From the human T2T-CHM13v2.0 reference genome, Homo sapiens, in the NCBI RefSeq assembly GCF_009914755.1, contig NC_060930.1: 64,000 nucleotides of DNA. The stretch is one strand, 5' to 3'. The translations under genes and the position numbers were made by a program. Position 1 is the stretch's first letter; every line of letters begins with the position of its first letter. Below, one piece after another: positions 44,416-58,910 of the stretch. The notes under the pieces are model-generated. The model was not told the origin of the DNA. It ran no database searches and saw nothing but the letters and a program-made list of their open reading frames with translations.

Positions 44416-45999
44416 AAACCCCTCCCCAAAGAAAACTGAGGAAGGAACTTATAAAAAATAGTGATATGATTCTCTTGTATTTTGTAAAATTAAATATATA
44501 TACATGCATTAAAATGTGTTCTAATGCATGTATGCAAACATATATATTTTCAAAACACTATTTTATTTTATCTTTTCCCATACTAAAAGTACTCATCAGA
44601 TTGTCATTGATTTCTTCTTTCCTCCTCTCACCTGTGACTGTGGGAAAGAATGATTCTCTCATTATGAGTCAGAGCCTTTTTTTTCCTTTTCTGAATTTTT
44701 AGTAACGACTCAACACTAGAAGTCTCAGCAGCTTGGTTTGCCTGTCATTAATTTTACCAATGGTTGCAGGTGTAGCCTGAAAGAATAGGTATAATGCTGG
44801 TATGTAATGCTTTCTCCTGCTTCTAAAAGGTGCTGTGGGGAGGTGTTGAATGAGATTCATGGTGGTAAACAAGAATATAAATTCAAATATTATCTTAAAA
44901 CAGAAACAGTAAAGCATGGAGAAAAGATCCAGCTGATTCTAGAAAGAGCAAATGAAGAAGAAACAAGAGTGAAAAGAGTGGCTACCAAATCATAGGAAAA
45001 AATACAGGAGTCCCAGGACCTTCCCCCAAGGACAGATTCCTGGGAAGGTTTCCAGTGAGTTTTTGAACCTAACCGCTAGGTTAAATACATCCCTTTAGTC
45101 TCAGCTCATCTTCCTAATTAAGTACAAATTCGAAAATAATTGTAAGGTTTTCTCAGATATGTGATGGATTACATGTCAGTTGCATCACATTCTTCAAGCA
45201 AAGTAAATGAATGAATGAACAAGGGAATGAATAAACAAAAGGAGCTAGATATTCCCTGAACATTGCGAGCTTCCTTTGGCCTGTGGTGCTTCCATTACCA
45301 GCAGCACTTCAGTTAGAATGATCCCTATGAATTAACTTGTAAATGAGGAGGTCAAATGTGCTTTTGCACAGTGGTGTTAAATATGTGGATGAATAAATTC
45401 TTTCTTGTACTTTGGGCTATGGAGTCTATGTAGGGTTAGAAATATAGGCTTTTTCTAAGTTGTTCTCCTCTTAGGAAAGTTATTTACATGATAATTAAAG
45501 AAGTTTAGAAGCAATTCCTGACCTTAAACAAAGATAACGTGTAGCTTTCAATATATGAACCTTTAAGAAACCCTCAACATTTCAAAGGCACAAATTAGAG
45601 CATTAGTCTAAATAACAAACCCCCCTCTTTCCCGATATTCATTTATAGGGTATAAAATACTTGACAGAAAAGTTGAGATACAGAAAAGATGCTAAATTTC
45701 ATGAAACATTGTTATGAATCAATTACAGACATTTTAGTTTATTTAAAACAGTTTGTTTGTAACTGTTCAGAAATACTTACATTGAAAGAATGTCCACAAA
45801 GCACTAGATCTGTAGTTTCAGTGGAGAGTCAGTATTATATATTATAATATTATAAAATGACACACTTCTCAATGGCGCAGCTTCCTAGAAGTCATTTCCT
45901 ATATTACTTGGCCATAATCACTATTAATTCAGTTTCATAAATGATTGGACATGATCTTTTAATTCTGAGCCTTCATAAATATGATTTCCTCTGTCTGTT

Positions 46000-46760
46000 T
46001 AGACTGTTTTCTTTAGGAGTCCACTTGTCTAACTTCAGTTGCCATCTCAGGCATTACTTCTCCTGGGAAGCCTATCTCACTGCCTTTCCCTTTAGACACC
46101 TGGACTAGGAGTTTCTCTGTGCTCATATGATACCCTTTAGGACTTTTTCATTCAGTTAGTTTCTGAATCCTTTAGCTCAAACCAGAACACTCTAAGTCAC
46201 GCTTGATTGCTCATTTTTTCACCTACCCTATGTATTCCTATTTGGTGTACCTCAGCTAGCACATTGGTCTCTGCCTCCAAAGTATATTCTTAATCATCTG
46301 TCTCTCTTCATTTTCATGGTTAATCCATCAAAGCCATGCCATTTTATCCAGACAAATGGAGTAGCCATCTAAGTGTTGTTTTTGCTTCTAGTATTTGAAG
46401 CAAATACATAACATAAGTTATGGAAGCAAATACATAACATGACATAAACCAAGTCATGTCAGTTCTCTGCTTGAAACAACCCAAAGGCTCCCATTACACT
46501 TATAATAAAATCTAAACCCCTTACGCTGCCCTACCAGGTCCTACATGATCAGGCAGGGCCATTTGTCTCTCTGACATTTTAAAAATTTTTAACCATCACT
46601 CCTGTCCCCTGGCCCACTGTATTTGGCTCTTTTCTCTTCCTTGTACATACCAAGCCTTCCTACCACAGGACCTTTGCACTAGTGTCTCATTATCTTGAAA
46701 CAGTTTTCACTGATCTCCATGTTGTAACTCCTTCTCGGCAGTAGCATTGGACCCTAAGGA
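46000..46760 (+). mobile_element. L2 fragments
   Basis: ctctgcctccaaagtata..tcatgtcagttctctgcttgaaacaacccaaaggctcccattacac..cacaggacctttgcactagtg. Confidence 0.7.
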
Positions 46761-47329
46761 TGTACAATGTTTTATACTGTGTTTAATTCAGTTACTCTGA
46801 ATTAGATAAGCAGTGGGCCTTAACAGCATACAGGTGAAATCTTGAATAATTTAACAAGTATTGATTCTGAACTATTGTTAAATAATTCACACAGTTAATT
46901 ATAATTACCATTATTGCTTAAGAACTACTTAATAAAGCAGGGTTTGTGGCTAGAATTTAAAGACAATTTGTTGGATACCTTTAATCTATAGAAATGTATA
47001 ATAAAGATGAGAGAAATAACTGTTAGCGAATCCTTTGGATTAAGCTACAAGCCATTATAATTTGCAGTAGCAAGCCTTGTAATGCTAATGACAAATATAA
47101 GTCAGTTTGTTTCCTATGCACTCATGTATCAGTGGTTACTTCGGAAATTTGTGTTTTGTCTGATAGTTTTTTTTTTTTTGAAAAGCCCTTTTTTAAAAAA
47201 GATTTTAAAAATAAAGGTGAATTTCACACAATCTAAAATTAACCAAAGTGAACATCTTTGGTAGCCTTTTACTTTGATTTTTATGTATATTATTATAGTT
47301 ATTTAATAGCCTCTAAAAATACCCAGAAT

Positions 47330-48010
47330 GGCTTACCACTTCCTTTTCAAGAAAAGAATTCTTTAGTCTCCCCAAATCTTATGCCCACTGGCTCATTGTA
47401 CAGTCTCTCTGAATTCTATGCCAGTTCCGCTCTTATAAATTGTGAGCCTGTGTTTCTTGTGCCAGGTTCTATTCCAGGCGCAGGTGGGCATCAGTGCAGC
47501 CAGCCCGCCATAGCGTTCTACCACCTGGTGTAGAAATCTGTTAGGAATACGGGAAGACTATTTGTGGCCTTTATTGACTATCCTTTGCCTTTGAATCCGT
47601 GAGCAGAAATCTATTATTGAATAAAGTCCCATGAATTCAATTCAAACCCTGCATTATTGATTTTCAAGCAGAACTTGTGCCATAATACTGTTATACTGTA
47701 GTTGGTTACATTCAGGGTCAATAGAAATGATTTCTTGAGATATCAGTGGATAATTTTCATTGGGATTAGTCAGGAATGTGTTCTGTCTTCCATCTGTCTG
47801 CACATTGTGAGTTCTTAATGATTTGATGCCTCTTTTGGCTGAATTATATCCACCATACCATCACTCTGGTGAGCAAAAAGAGAAGCATTCTGTATTATAC
47901 AAATGATATGTTTAGAAACATAACTAAGAATGTTTTTAATCACCCACTGGCCTACCCATCCAATCCCTGCTATCAATTAACTATTCTGAAACCATCATCA
48001 TGATTTCACA
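47330..48010 (+). mobile_element. Ancient non-LTR retrotransposon RT fossil (RTE-X/L4-like)
   Basis: Ordered decayed RT motifs: FYHLV*K, LFVAFIDY/AFESVSRNLL (47558-47616), GISQECVLSSI (47762-47794), ILYYTNDM (47887-47910), LSINYSETIIMI (about 47970-48005). Confidence 0.75.
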
Positions 48011-50333
48011 TGATATTTCCTCTATTTAAAGTAGTGTAACTGTAAGTCACCTCAATTTGGTATCCAGGTTTGCGTTTGGCAATAAATTCCTCTTGGCAGC
48101 TTCAGCAAGTTATATTTCTTAATACTGGATCTGCTGAGGTTATGTTTATGGAGACCAGAACTATGAGTATTGATTTATGTTTGCTTTGAACATCTTCCAG
48201 TCTAAAGTCATTGTGGCTATGCTTTGTTGATGAACTGCAGGAGATTGCCCTTGGGATTGCATTGAGTGAACTTGGCCCCTGTACTTCTTCAGATCATTTC
48301 AGGAGAGTTGAGGTGGACTTCTCTTTAGGAAGGTGTTCTTTTTTTTCAGCTCTTCGTAAATGTCCATCAGTCTTGCTCTGCATAGCCAAGCTGTTGAAGC
48401 ATGATCACCTTGCATTGAATAAGCTGCACAGAGCTACTGTTCTACCGGGGAGTATGCTTGCAGGGGAGCATAATCTCAAATTTACTGCTACCCACTCGGT
48501 ACCATGCAGAGCTTGCTTGGGAGTTCAGGGAGGATTGTTTGAAATGGGCAGTTCAACTATTCTTCCAGATAATCAAAAAAGCCATCCCTCGATTTAGCAG
48601 AACATTGAGAAATCCTTTCCTTTGACTGTATTGTATTGTTTCTCTAAAAGCTTGCTTTGATTAAATTGCACCTGGGTGTTTAAAAAGAGAATACATGTGA
48701 GTGTTAATGCACTTACATTGTAATTCAGATGGATCTTTTTTGCAAACTAAATTAAAAGGTACAGAGACCATTCAGAGAAGCCATCTGTCACTATTTGAAA
48801 GTTATAATTAGGGTCATAATTTTTAATGTCATTGTCATACATTGGAAAATGGAAGCTTTGGGATATCCACTGGAGGTTTTACCTCTCCTCTACAATGCCA
48901 CACTAAATTTGGAAATTTATTCAGCTGAAATTTTTTCAAGTTTAAATATTATATTTACTTTTTATTGATGATACTACTAAGTACAGTGCTTCCTTGAGTG
49001 TATTCCTTAATAAATATTTCTTCAATTTGTTTGAATATTTTGCCACAAACCAGTCTTTAGCTTGACATTTGAATTTAATCTTCCATGTATTAACTAGGCA
49101 TGTACAAAACACATGCTTATTTATTAGGCATGCACTAACTGTACTTTGGTTACAGGCTAAAAGACTTTAGAGTTGGTTTTCAAAATCTATTTGCTTCAAA
49201 GAATCTTAGTAGTCAGTAGTTAACCAAGAAACTTTAAAAAAATGAGCCCCATTTTAATTTTATTTACCCATCTAGCTATTCATTTATTTGACAGATATTT
49301 ATTTTTGTGCCTACTATGTACTTGGCACAATGATAACCTTTTCCCAGTTCTTTTACTCTGTTATTATTGTTTAAAGTTTGGAAATTAAAATACTCTATAT
49401 TATATGCTATATTAGTTAAAGCTAAGCATGGTGCTGTATCATTAAACACAACAATAACAGCCAAATAAAGTTAGAACACACCAAATATGTTTTATTTACA
49501 TGCAAATATTTAAAATGATATATTTAGGTATAGTATTTAACAACTTTTATGTTCCTCACATCAGAATTTATATTCTTTCAACAAGAGCCTTTTTAAAGAT
49601 AAGGATTAAATTGACCATGCATAACTTTGATGTGATTAAGCTATTTGATCTTTTAAATAGAATCATTCGATTTTGCTGACACTTAGCAATAGCCCATTAT
49701 TTTAGATATAATTTCTTTGTGATCATAGTAAGTTTAGAGTCATAGATGACTCCCTCGAGGTCTTAGTAGCATATTATGAATTTGGTATCTATGTGATTAA
49801 ATAAGCACATCAAAATTCATATCAAATTGGTCGATAAACACATTTTTAATATTGTGCCAGACTATCATTATTAATTTTTAAATCAATATGTAGTAGTATG
49901 ACCACAATGTCATATTCATTAGTAAAGTACAGCTGTTTTTTATGCCATCAGGATTATTTGGCATTTAAGCAGTGCCTTCTACTTTAAATGATGCCATTAT
50001 CCTTTGAGGACTCTGCCTATCAATTTGGTCAGTCTAGAAATGCAACTCATTATAGAATGAAGCTGAATAGTTACTGAAGCAGAATACAACTTTACAACCT
50101 CTTAAACCAGAATATGGGAGAAGCCCAATTTACCTTTAAAACTTTTGGGTGTCTACACAGAAAAAGGTGTTAATGTGCCTTGTGAAATTTCTCAATGGTG
50201 AATACATTTTTTATTCTATGTGATTTATTTCTGGAGATGTACATTAATCTTTGTGAAGTTGCTGTGGAATTTGGTTGGGTTTGTCAAAATGTGTCAAAAA
50301 TGTGAAATATCCCAGTTCTACTAATTTTCTAAC

Positions 50334-50388
50334 ACAAAGTTAGATGGACAAAGTTAGATGACAAAGAAGAAGACAAAGTTAGATGGAC
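50334..50388. repeat. Short tandem array of acaaagttagatgg (3 copies plus 1 variant)
   Basis: Units start at 50334, 50348, 50361 and 50373. Confidence 0.9.
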
Positions 50389-51669
50389 TCCATAGGAGAG
50401 AAGAGGACTTAAAAATGATGCCTTAATATCTGCCCCATTTTGAAAGTGAAATTTTGCGGATAATGTTTCTATTGCAGTTGAGTTAGAAATAAGGAAGCAT
50501 TTTAAAACCAGGTGGATGATTCAACACTAGACCACCCAGGAAGGGCATTCCTTCTGTAATAGGAAAGGTCTTTAAACCTGGAGTACCACATCACATGTAA
50601 TGTGTAAGTGTGGATATTTCTGGAGCTCTCCCAGATATCCAGTGTGTCTGCATGAATGTGTCTCTCTTTATCTTTTTTGTTAAGGATGCAAATGGAGAGT
50701 TATATATTGGATTCCTCTTGCATCACTTTAGATGCCTTCTGTTTATATTGAGCCTGGCTTATTTGGAGTTAGCTTGTAAATTTAATGAGATCATTGTGAT
50801 GGCCATGATTGCAGAATGGAAAATGTCACTACTATGTGCCAGTTTGCTTAAATCATTTTTAAGTACCCACCTGTGCTGCTAAACTCTCCATTTGCATTTT
50901 ATTGGCTACTATGTTTTTGCTCCAGAGCGGGTTCCTTTAACTCTGATGCCTGGGTAAATTAATCGGGGTGTGCATGCCATTGCCCTTTTAGTTTCTGCTC
51001 CTGTTCTAATAAAGGCTCCATCTGCTTAATTGGTAGACTTACAGGCCTTTCTTATTTCAAAAAATCACTTTGAAAAAAAGCATAGCTTCTCAAGGGAAAG
51101 AAGAACCAGAACTCTTGAAAAATGTATTATTTGGGAGATGTTAAATTTCTGCCATCACTGTGCTGAGATGTATGTAGTCAATGAGAAACAGCATCCAAGA
51201 TAATACTGGTTTTCTTACTACTTTTTTTCCATCTCTTGTACATCTCTATGTCTGTATTTCATGAAAACCTACCTTCTCTAATAAAGGTGTGGTGAGCTGG
51301 GGACAAGACAACTCTGGGGATTTACCTGTTATAGACAAACTCTTTACTTTTTTTCTTTTTGATCTGGCTGCCTTCTTGGTGATATTACTATGAGAATGAG
51401 GAGGGAATTAAGGATTATTGTAAAGTGAAATAGCAGCTTTGAGGTCTGAAACACTGAGGGAGAAGAAGGAAAAGAAGAGACATGGTAAGGATTCTAAGGA
51501 GGCCTGAAGATATCTGGGATTCCCATTCTTTTTGTCCACAGCATACTTAGGTTGGTCAGGTGTAAATGAGGAGAGCTTGCATAGTAAGAGCAGCTCCAGT
51601 GTGGTATTAGTAGGGTTAATGATTGAGTGTGTGATTTACAGTATTGGATCTAAGGGTATCATGAAGTCA

Positions 51670-51830
51670 GACTGTAACCTTGGACAAACTAGTTAACCTC
51701 TTTGGGCCCCAGTCTCTCCATCTACAAAATGAGAGTAATTAATGGTGGTATTACCTCTTAGGGTTGTTGTCAAGATTAAATGAGCTATTACAGGTAAAGT
51801 GCTTAGAAAAACGCCTATTTGTAATATTCA
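51670..51830 (+). mobile_element. MIR
   Basis: ctgtaaccttggacaaactagttaacctctttgggccccagtctctccatctacaaaatgagag..gttgttgtcaagattaaatgag..gtaaagtgcttagaa. Confidence 0.85.
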
Positions 51831-52802
51831 TTTTTACTAATAACTGTTATTAGGAGTGGGAATAGCAATTTCAGTGAGTTATAAAACATTGATTATGAAC
51901 CATTTTAGAGAACGATAGTTGTTTTATTGCTAATGTGAACAAACCATACTGTATATGAAACTTTTTATGGTTCTCCAGAGAAACCATGTATTTTTTTCTG
52001 ACTTTGTACCTATCCTTTTGCTTGGATGCCTTTCTTCTAGAAAGTTTTACTGATCCTTCAGGGCCCATATCAAATGTTATCTTATCAGTGAATTGTCTCT
52101 CATCCCTTTCAGACAGAATGGGTTTACGCCCTATCTTGGGCTCCCATAGCACTTATCTCGCTATGATGCAATTCTCTTCTCAGATTTGTATATTCTCTCC
52201 TTGATGGCAATGCAGAGTCTTCTCATAGTGTTAATAATAACATATGTAGCCTGTGTATGTGAAACAGGTGGATGTTGCTGATACTTAATTAGGAAAGGTA
52301 TAGTGATTCTCATCGTGTTCACAAGTCAGACTCTCCTTATACCTCAATCACTGCCGTATCTTTTACCTTGCATATGAGACCCCCAGTATAAGAGTGTAAT
52401 AACTATCTGATTCATTTGCTAGTAATGCTGAAGGGAATTGTTAAGCTGATCTGTTTGGTTTATGGAAAAGATGTTTATTCTTCCTACGCCTTCTCTTTTT
52501 TCTCCTTTGCCTCCTCCTTTTGTCCTTTTCCACCTCCTCTTCCTCCTTGTCCTCCTTTTTCTTCCTTCTCTCTCCCTCTTCTCCTTTTTTTGGTTATAAT
52601 TAGTTTATTTAAAGCTCTTGCTTATTTTTGCTCATCCTTAATATAAATAGACCTTCATTGTATTCGTGACATGTTTTATCACATTCTTCATGAAATTTTA
52701 ATAAACAGTTGAATATTTTCTATTATTTATACATATGTGTAATATTACTCTTCTCAAATATACCATTGAATGAGTGTTTTATCTTACAATAGATGGTATC
52801 CA

Positions 52803-53124
52803 TTTTTTTTTGTTGTTTTTTTTTTTTTTTTTTTTTTTTTTTGGAGACGGAGTCTTGCTGTGTCGTCCAGGCTGGAGTACACGATCTTGGCTCACTGCCA
52901 CCTCCGCCTCCCAGGTTCATGCAATTAATTCTCCTGCCTCAGCCACCCAAGTAGCTGGGATTACAGGCATATGCCACCATACCTGGCTAATTTTTGTATT
53001 TTTATTAGAGATGGGGTTTTACCATGTTGGCCAGGCTGGTATCTAACTCCTGACCGCAAGTGATCTGCCTGCCTTGGCCTCCTGAAGTGCTGGGATTACA
53101 GGTGTGAGCCACTGTGCCAGGCTG
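52803..53124 (-). mobile_element. AluS with long poly(A) tail
   Basis: Antisense dimer; TSD gatggtatc at 52792-52800 and 53125-53133. Confidence 0.92.
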
Positions 53125-54399
53125 GATGGTATCTTCTAATCAAGAAAAGATATAAGTATTTTTATGACATCAAATTTAAGAATAATAGCCAGTTATATAT
53201 TTGTGGGATCATGTGATAAGAAAAATATATTGGTTTACTATTTTAGATGGAATAATAATGTGTCTTTTCTGATATCTTTACAAGAATGTTAGAAATCATC
53301 TGTATTGTAATGTTGTTTTACCTTATCCAAGGGGAAATAAAGCATGAACATTTATAGGCTTTTATTTATAAATGGACTTTTAAAATATGTTTTCTCACAA
53401 AGAGGAAATTTAGCTCTAGAAAACAGGAAAGGATTGTAGGAACTCCCATCTGCATTGGAAAGTGACTGTCACTCTCGTATTGGACAATGATTGTTGCAGA
53501 TGATACCTGTTTCATTCTGGATCACCTTTGTTTTTAAAATGAGACATAACTAATTAACAGAAGAGCAAGATTATTGGCAACTCCATTAATATTAGTATAG
53601 AGACAGTGCTAGCAACATGGCATTTTAAAGAATTACAGTGGCAGTTCTCCCAATCAGCCAGATTTCTTCCAGAAAATTATAAAGGAATCTCCTAGATAAA
53701 CTTATTTTCCCACTGGTGTTACTTTATCAGCCTAAGTAGTAGCTCTGTAAATAGAGGACTGAACACTTGAGTTTGGGTCCTGATTTTGTAATTAGCTGTG
53801 TGAATTGGATCAAGTCGTTTAGATTCTCTGGGCCTCAATTTCTTCATCTGTAATATGAGAAAGGTCGAAATAATTGATTTAGCAATATATTTTATCAATC
53901 AGAAATATTAGTGATGTCAGTGAAGCTTGTGTATATAAATTCATTTTTTCAATCATTTAAGGAACTTAGATATAAAATACACCTTTAATTCACCTTTGGA
54001 AATTTTTTACAAAGTGTTTTATTTGCAAATGACAGTGATAGTAAGAGTTAATGTTTAAGGCTATTTTGTAAATGACTTTAAATGATTCTAAGTACTTGTT
54101 ACTCTTAACTACGCTGTTTCATTCATACATTGAAATAGATCCCCTTTGGAACACTGGGGAAGATTGAAGATTGCTTTTAATTTCATTATGGCACACAGAA
54201 TTTAGTGAAGAAAAATGGTAGTCCTCTTTCAGATAGATTACTAAGTCAGCTGTTTGGAAGTCTTGGTGTAAAAATGTCTTAGAGCTTTGCAAGTTACAGA
54301 GATAGAAAATGTATTTAATTTTAATATTTCTAATTCACTATTTGCTTTGTTAGTATTTAGATTTCAGTGCTTAAAAAATTATTCACGGGATTTTTTCCC

Positions 54400-55480
54400 T
54401 TCATTCAACAACAGGTTCTATAGCACATCTTGGGAAAATTATCCTGCATTGGTAGGGGACTGAAAGACAGGAAGATGAAAAATACATGATACCTTTAATA
54501 ATTTTTGAATTTTGAATTTTGGAATTTTAGAGGGCAGATAAAACTATATCTCTGGGGCAATAAAAGAAGACAAGTAGAAGAAAGTAATCATTGAGAGAGA
54601 GGAACAAAGTCTTACAGTAATTCAGATTTGGGAGATTATTTCTATTTGGGAAAATTGGCCACCAGGTAGATGTTTTATGCTGGGTTCCTAAAGGTAGAAA
54701 TGGTGGGAAAGAAAGAAAATGACATTGAGGGCAGAGGGGACAGCTTGATTAGTGGCTTGGGAATGGGATGAAGCCAGTGTTGCCAAGTAGTGTCTGTTAA
54801 AAGGAGCATATTGGGAAAATGAGGACAGAAAGGTAAAATTAGGTCAGATAATACAGGATTTTGAGTTCTTGTCAAAGAATATGAACTTGAGTCTAGATTT
54901 GAGTATATTACTGAAGGTTTTTGAGCAAGGGAGGGCATTACTGTGCTTTAGAAAGATTAATCTGGCCACAATTTATAATGTAATACAGAAAAGTAATAGG
55001 TGGAAAGAAGAGGGAGACCAGGCATGACGACAGTAAGAGCTTAGACAAGAGTCAGCCAACAACCGAAGAATGGAAATGTCACTGAAAATGGAAAAGCAGA
55101 AGTAGATGTGAGCAGTTTGAATTGGTAGAAAATAGCCACTGATACCTGGTTATCATGGGTGTGCGAGAGGGGAGGGAACATTTGGAGATACTTCCAAAAT
55201 TTCAGTTCAGAAGATCAGAAGGGTGGCCGGGGGCCATTACCAGGAAGAGTGAAGTGAGGGTAAGGTTGACTGGGGCTGGGCAGAAGGGGCAATGGGAAGG
55301 AGATGAGGAGTTTTCGGCTTCATTGACATCTTGGCAGCTAAGTCAGCTCTCCAGCTAGAAATGTGCAGCAGGCAGTGGTGATACAGTACTAAGATAGGAT
55401 AGGAAGTCAGGTCTTTACGAGAGCATTTCAGTAAATAGCCTTAGGAACTTAGATTAAAAATCAATGCTTGATGAGGCAGT
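54400..55480 (-). mobile_element. L2 fragment
   Basis: Starts tcattcaacaacagg (L2 3' end antisense); gaaggtttttgagcaaggga..ttagaaagattaatctggc typical of L2. Confidence 0.65.
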
Positions 55481-57243
55481 GAGTCTAGATCGTTTTTGAC
55501 AGTGAAATCAAATACCATGAATACGTTGAGGGAGTAATGAGACAGAGATTTCTTTTTAGAAAAGAGAGCGGAATGTGTTTTCTCTGAGGGCAGAGTCAGA
55601 AGAGAGGACAAGATGACCATTATAACAGAGGAAAATAGTGCTTCTGAAATTCCATTTCACTTTCCACAGCAGTGGCTAAAATTGAAATTAAGGCACTCTA
55701 ATGGCTACTAACATTGAATTATTGGATTGGCAATAAAGGCCCTAATGAAGTACTTTCATTAGGAAGAAAATATCCACACGTCTGGAAGAAATAGTGTGAT
55801 GCCCCCTGTAAAGAAACCAGTGAATGTAACGTTTCAAATATGGAGCAGCCACAGCAGACTTCTGTAATTCTAGGTCAACAATGAATTAATAGAATCAGTT
55901 TCTTGTTAAAATAACTGTCTTTTGCCTTCATCAATATTTTAGATACCCTTACTGGCTACCTGTCTTATGGAAAGCTATGTAATTATACTATTTTGAGTTG
56001 GATTTTTATGGTTTATGCTTTCCATGGAAATTTGATGGGATAATCTGTTTGTGAGGTATTTATCTGCATATTTGATTCCTTAACTTACCTGCGACTTCTT
56101 GACTTTGTTGGTTTTCAGAATTAAAAACTTGAAAGAATTTTGTTTATTTTGGCATGTAAAGAATACTGGTCTAAAATCACAACCATTAGAATTCATTTAG
56201 ATTTTTCAAAGGAAGTGGTTGAAAAGCCGGAGGACTGAGATAAATTGGTGCCATGTTCAGTGAGAAGCTGGCAAATTTATGAAGGAATGTGCTAATGCAA
56301 ATACTTATGAATTGATTTGCTCTACATATTTTCCCTAGGGCCCCTTAGTCCTCTATTACTTATTAGAATCTTTACCTTCTGTACCACAGAAGTAAACCTA
56401 AAGCACAGCCTTACTAAGATTGTTTTTGCTTTCATGGGGCCAGTTGAATATATTTCATCTTCCTTTTATGTGACAAAAATAATTGAGAAACATCAAATGA
56501 TGTTTAATTGTTTTGAAAACATAAACAAAACTGGAGATTTTATAAAGCCTTGTTCTAAGCTTGAAAAGAAGGAAAAAAAATCAGTTTCTGGCTGAAAAGT
56601 TTCTGTTGACACTGGACCGATCAAACAGTTTTCTTTCAGACAATATTTCTATAGCTGTATCACAGAAATTAGGGGCTGACAGTGACCAGTAGTTTATTTT
56701 CATTGCCTCATACTTTCAAAGAAAGCAAATATGGACTTGTATAGTTATTAATTAAAAATATGTTAAGCAGTGGTGGGTGTTTATTTAAAGAATTCATGCA
56801 AATCTTGATTTACATTTTTAAACTAGTCTATTATCTCTCACCTTTTCAGTTTGTTTACCATGGTACTGCAAAAATTATTTCAACAAACATCTGAAAAACT
56901 CTCCTTATCACAGGGTCAGTAATAAATAGTTTGTTATCCCAAGCATGGCTTTCAGAGACGTCTGCAGGTTTTCTGGGCACAAAGTATCACTCCAATCTCC
57001 TTTAAATCAGTTTCCCTCTCGCAACTGGTCAAGGGCCAGACTAGAGAAGAACCCAAATGACATTCCGACCTCAAACGTGAATCCGCTTTCCTCCCCGCCT
57101 TTCTGCACTTCTCCAATTCTACTCCACCTTCATGAGTTAGAAATAATTCCTCTTTTAAGGCAGAAAAATCGGTAGATTTGGTTACAGTGGGTTTGCACAT
57201 GTCCACAGCTGCCTACAGGCCACTCAGTTTCCCCCAACACTGA

Positions 57244-57651
<408 letters not shown>

Positions 57652-57743
57652 TGATATATACAAACAAAACACTGACCTAGTTTTAGGCCCCATTCATTAA
57701 CCTTTTGCCCTACCTGTGTGTGTGTGTGCACTACGCGGCAGAT

Positions 57744-57825
57744 GGGGGGTTAGGGGGCTGGGGAGGAGCATGGCACAGTGGGAGGATGAATGGGATAGGA
57801 GGGTGGGGTGGGGTAGGGTTGGGGG
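57744..57825 (+). other. G-quadruplex-forming G-tract cluster
   Basis: GGG-T-GGGG-T-GGGG-TA-GGG-TT-GGGGG at 57801-57825 plus G6-TTA-G5-CT-G4 at 57744-57763. Confidence 0.7.
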
Positions 57826-58079
57826 TAGAGTTGTCTCCAAGAGGAAGATGTTGGGTACAGTTGTGCTTTGCACAAGGGCATTACATCTAAATGGTGTCAT
57901 TCCCATTGTAAAGGCCAAAGCATTGTCAAAGGGAGTAATAGCTGTTACATTCATTTATCGGTTTACTTTCTGTTTCTTCATGTGATTCAGATAAGAGGCG
58001 TTTTTAATAATATTGATAACCCTTATCTTTCTGTCTTTGAATTCATTGCTCTATTTTGTAACTCTGTTAATATGATCTT

Positions 58080-58910
<831 letters not shown>

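Noticed and set aside
48211-48597. 128-aa ORF
   Set aside because: Non-ATG start, no domain or splice signals; it may be old repeat sequence.
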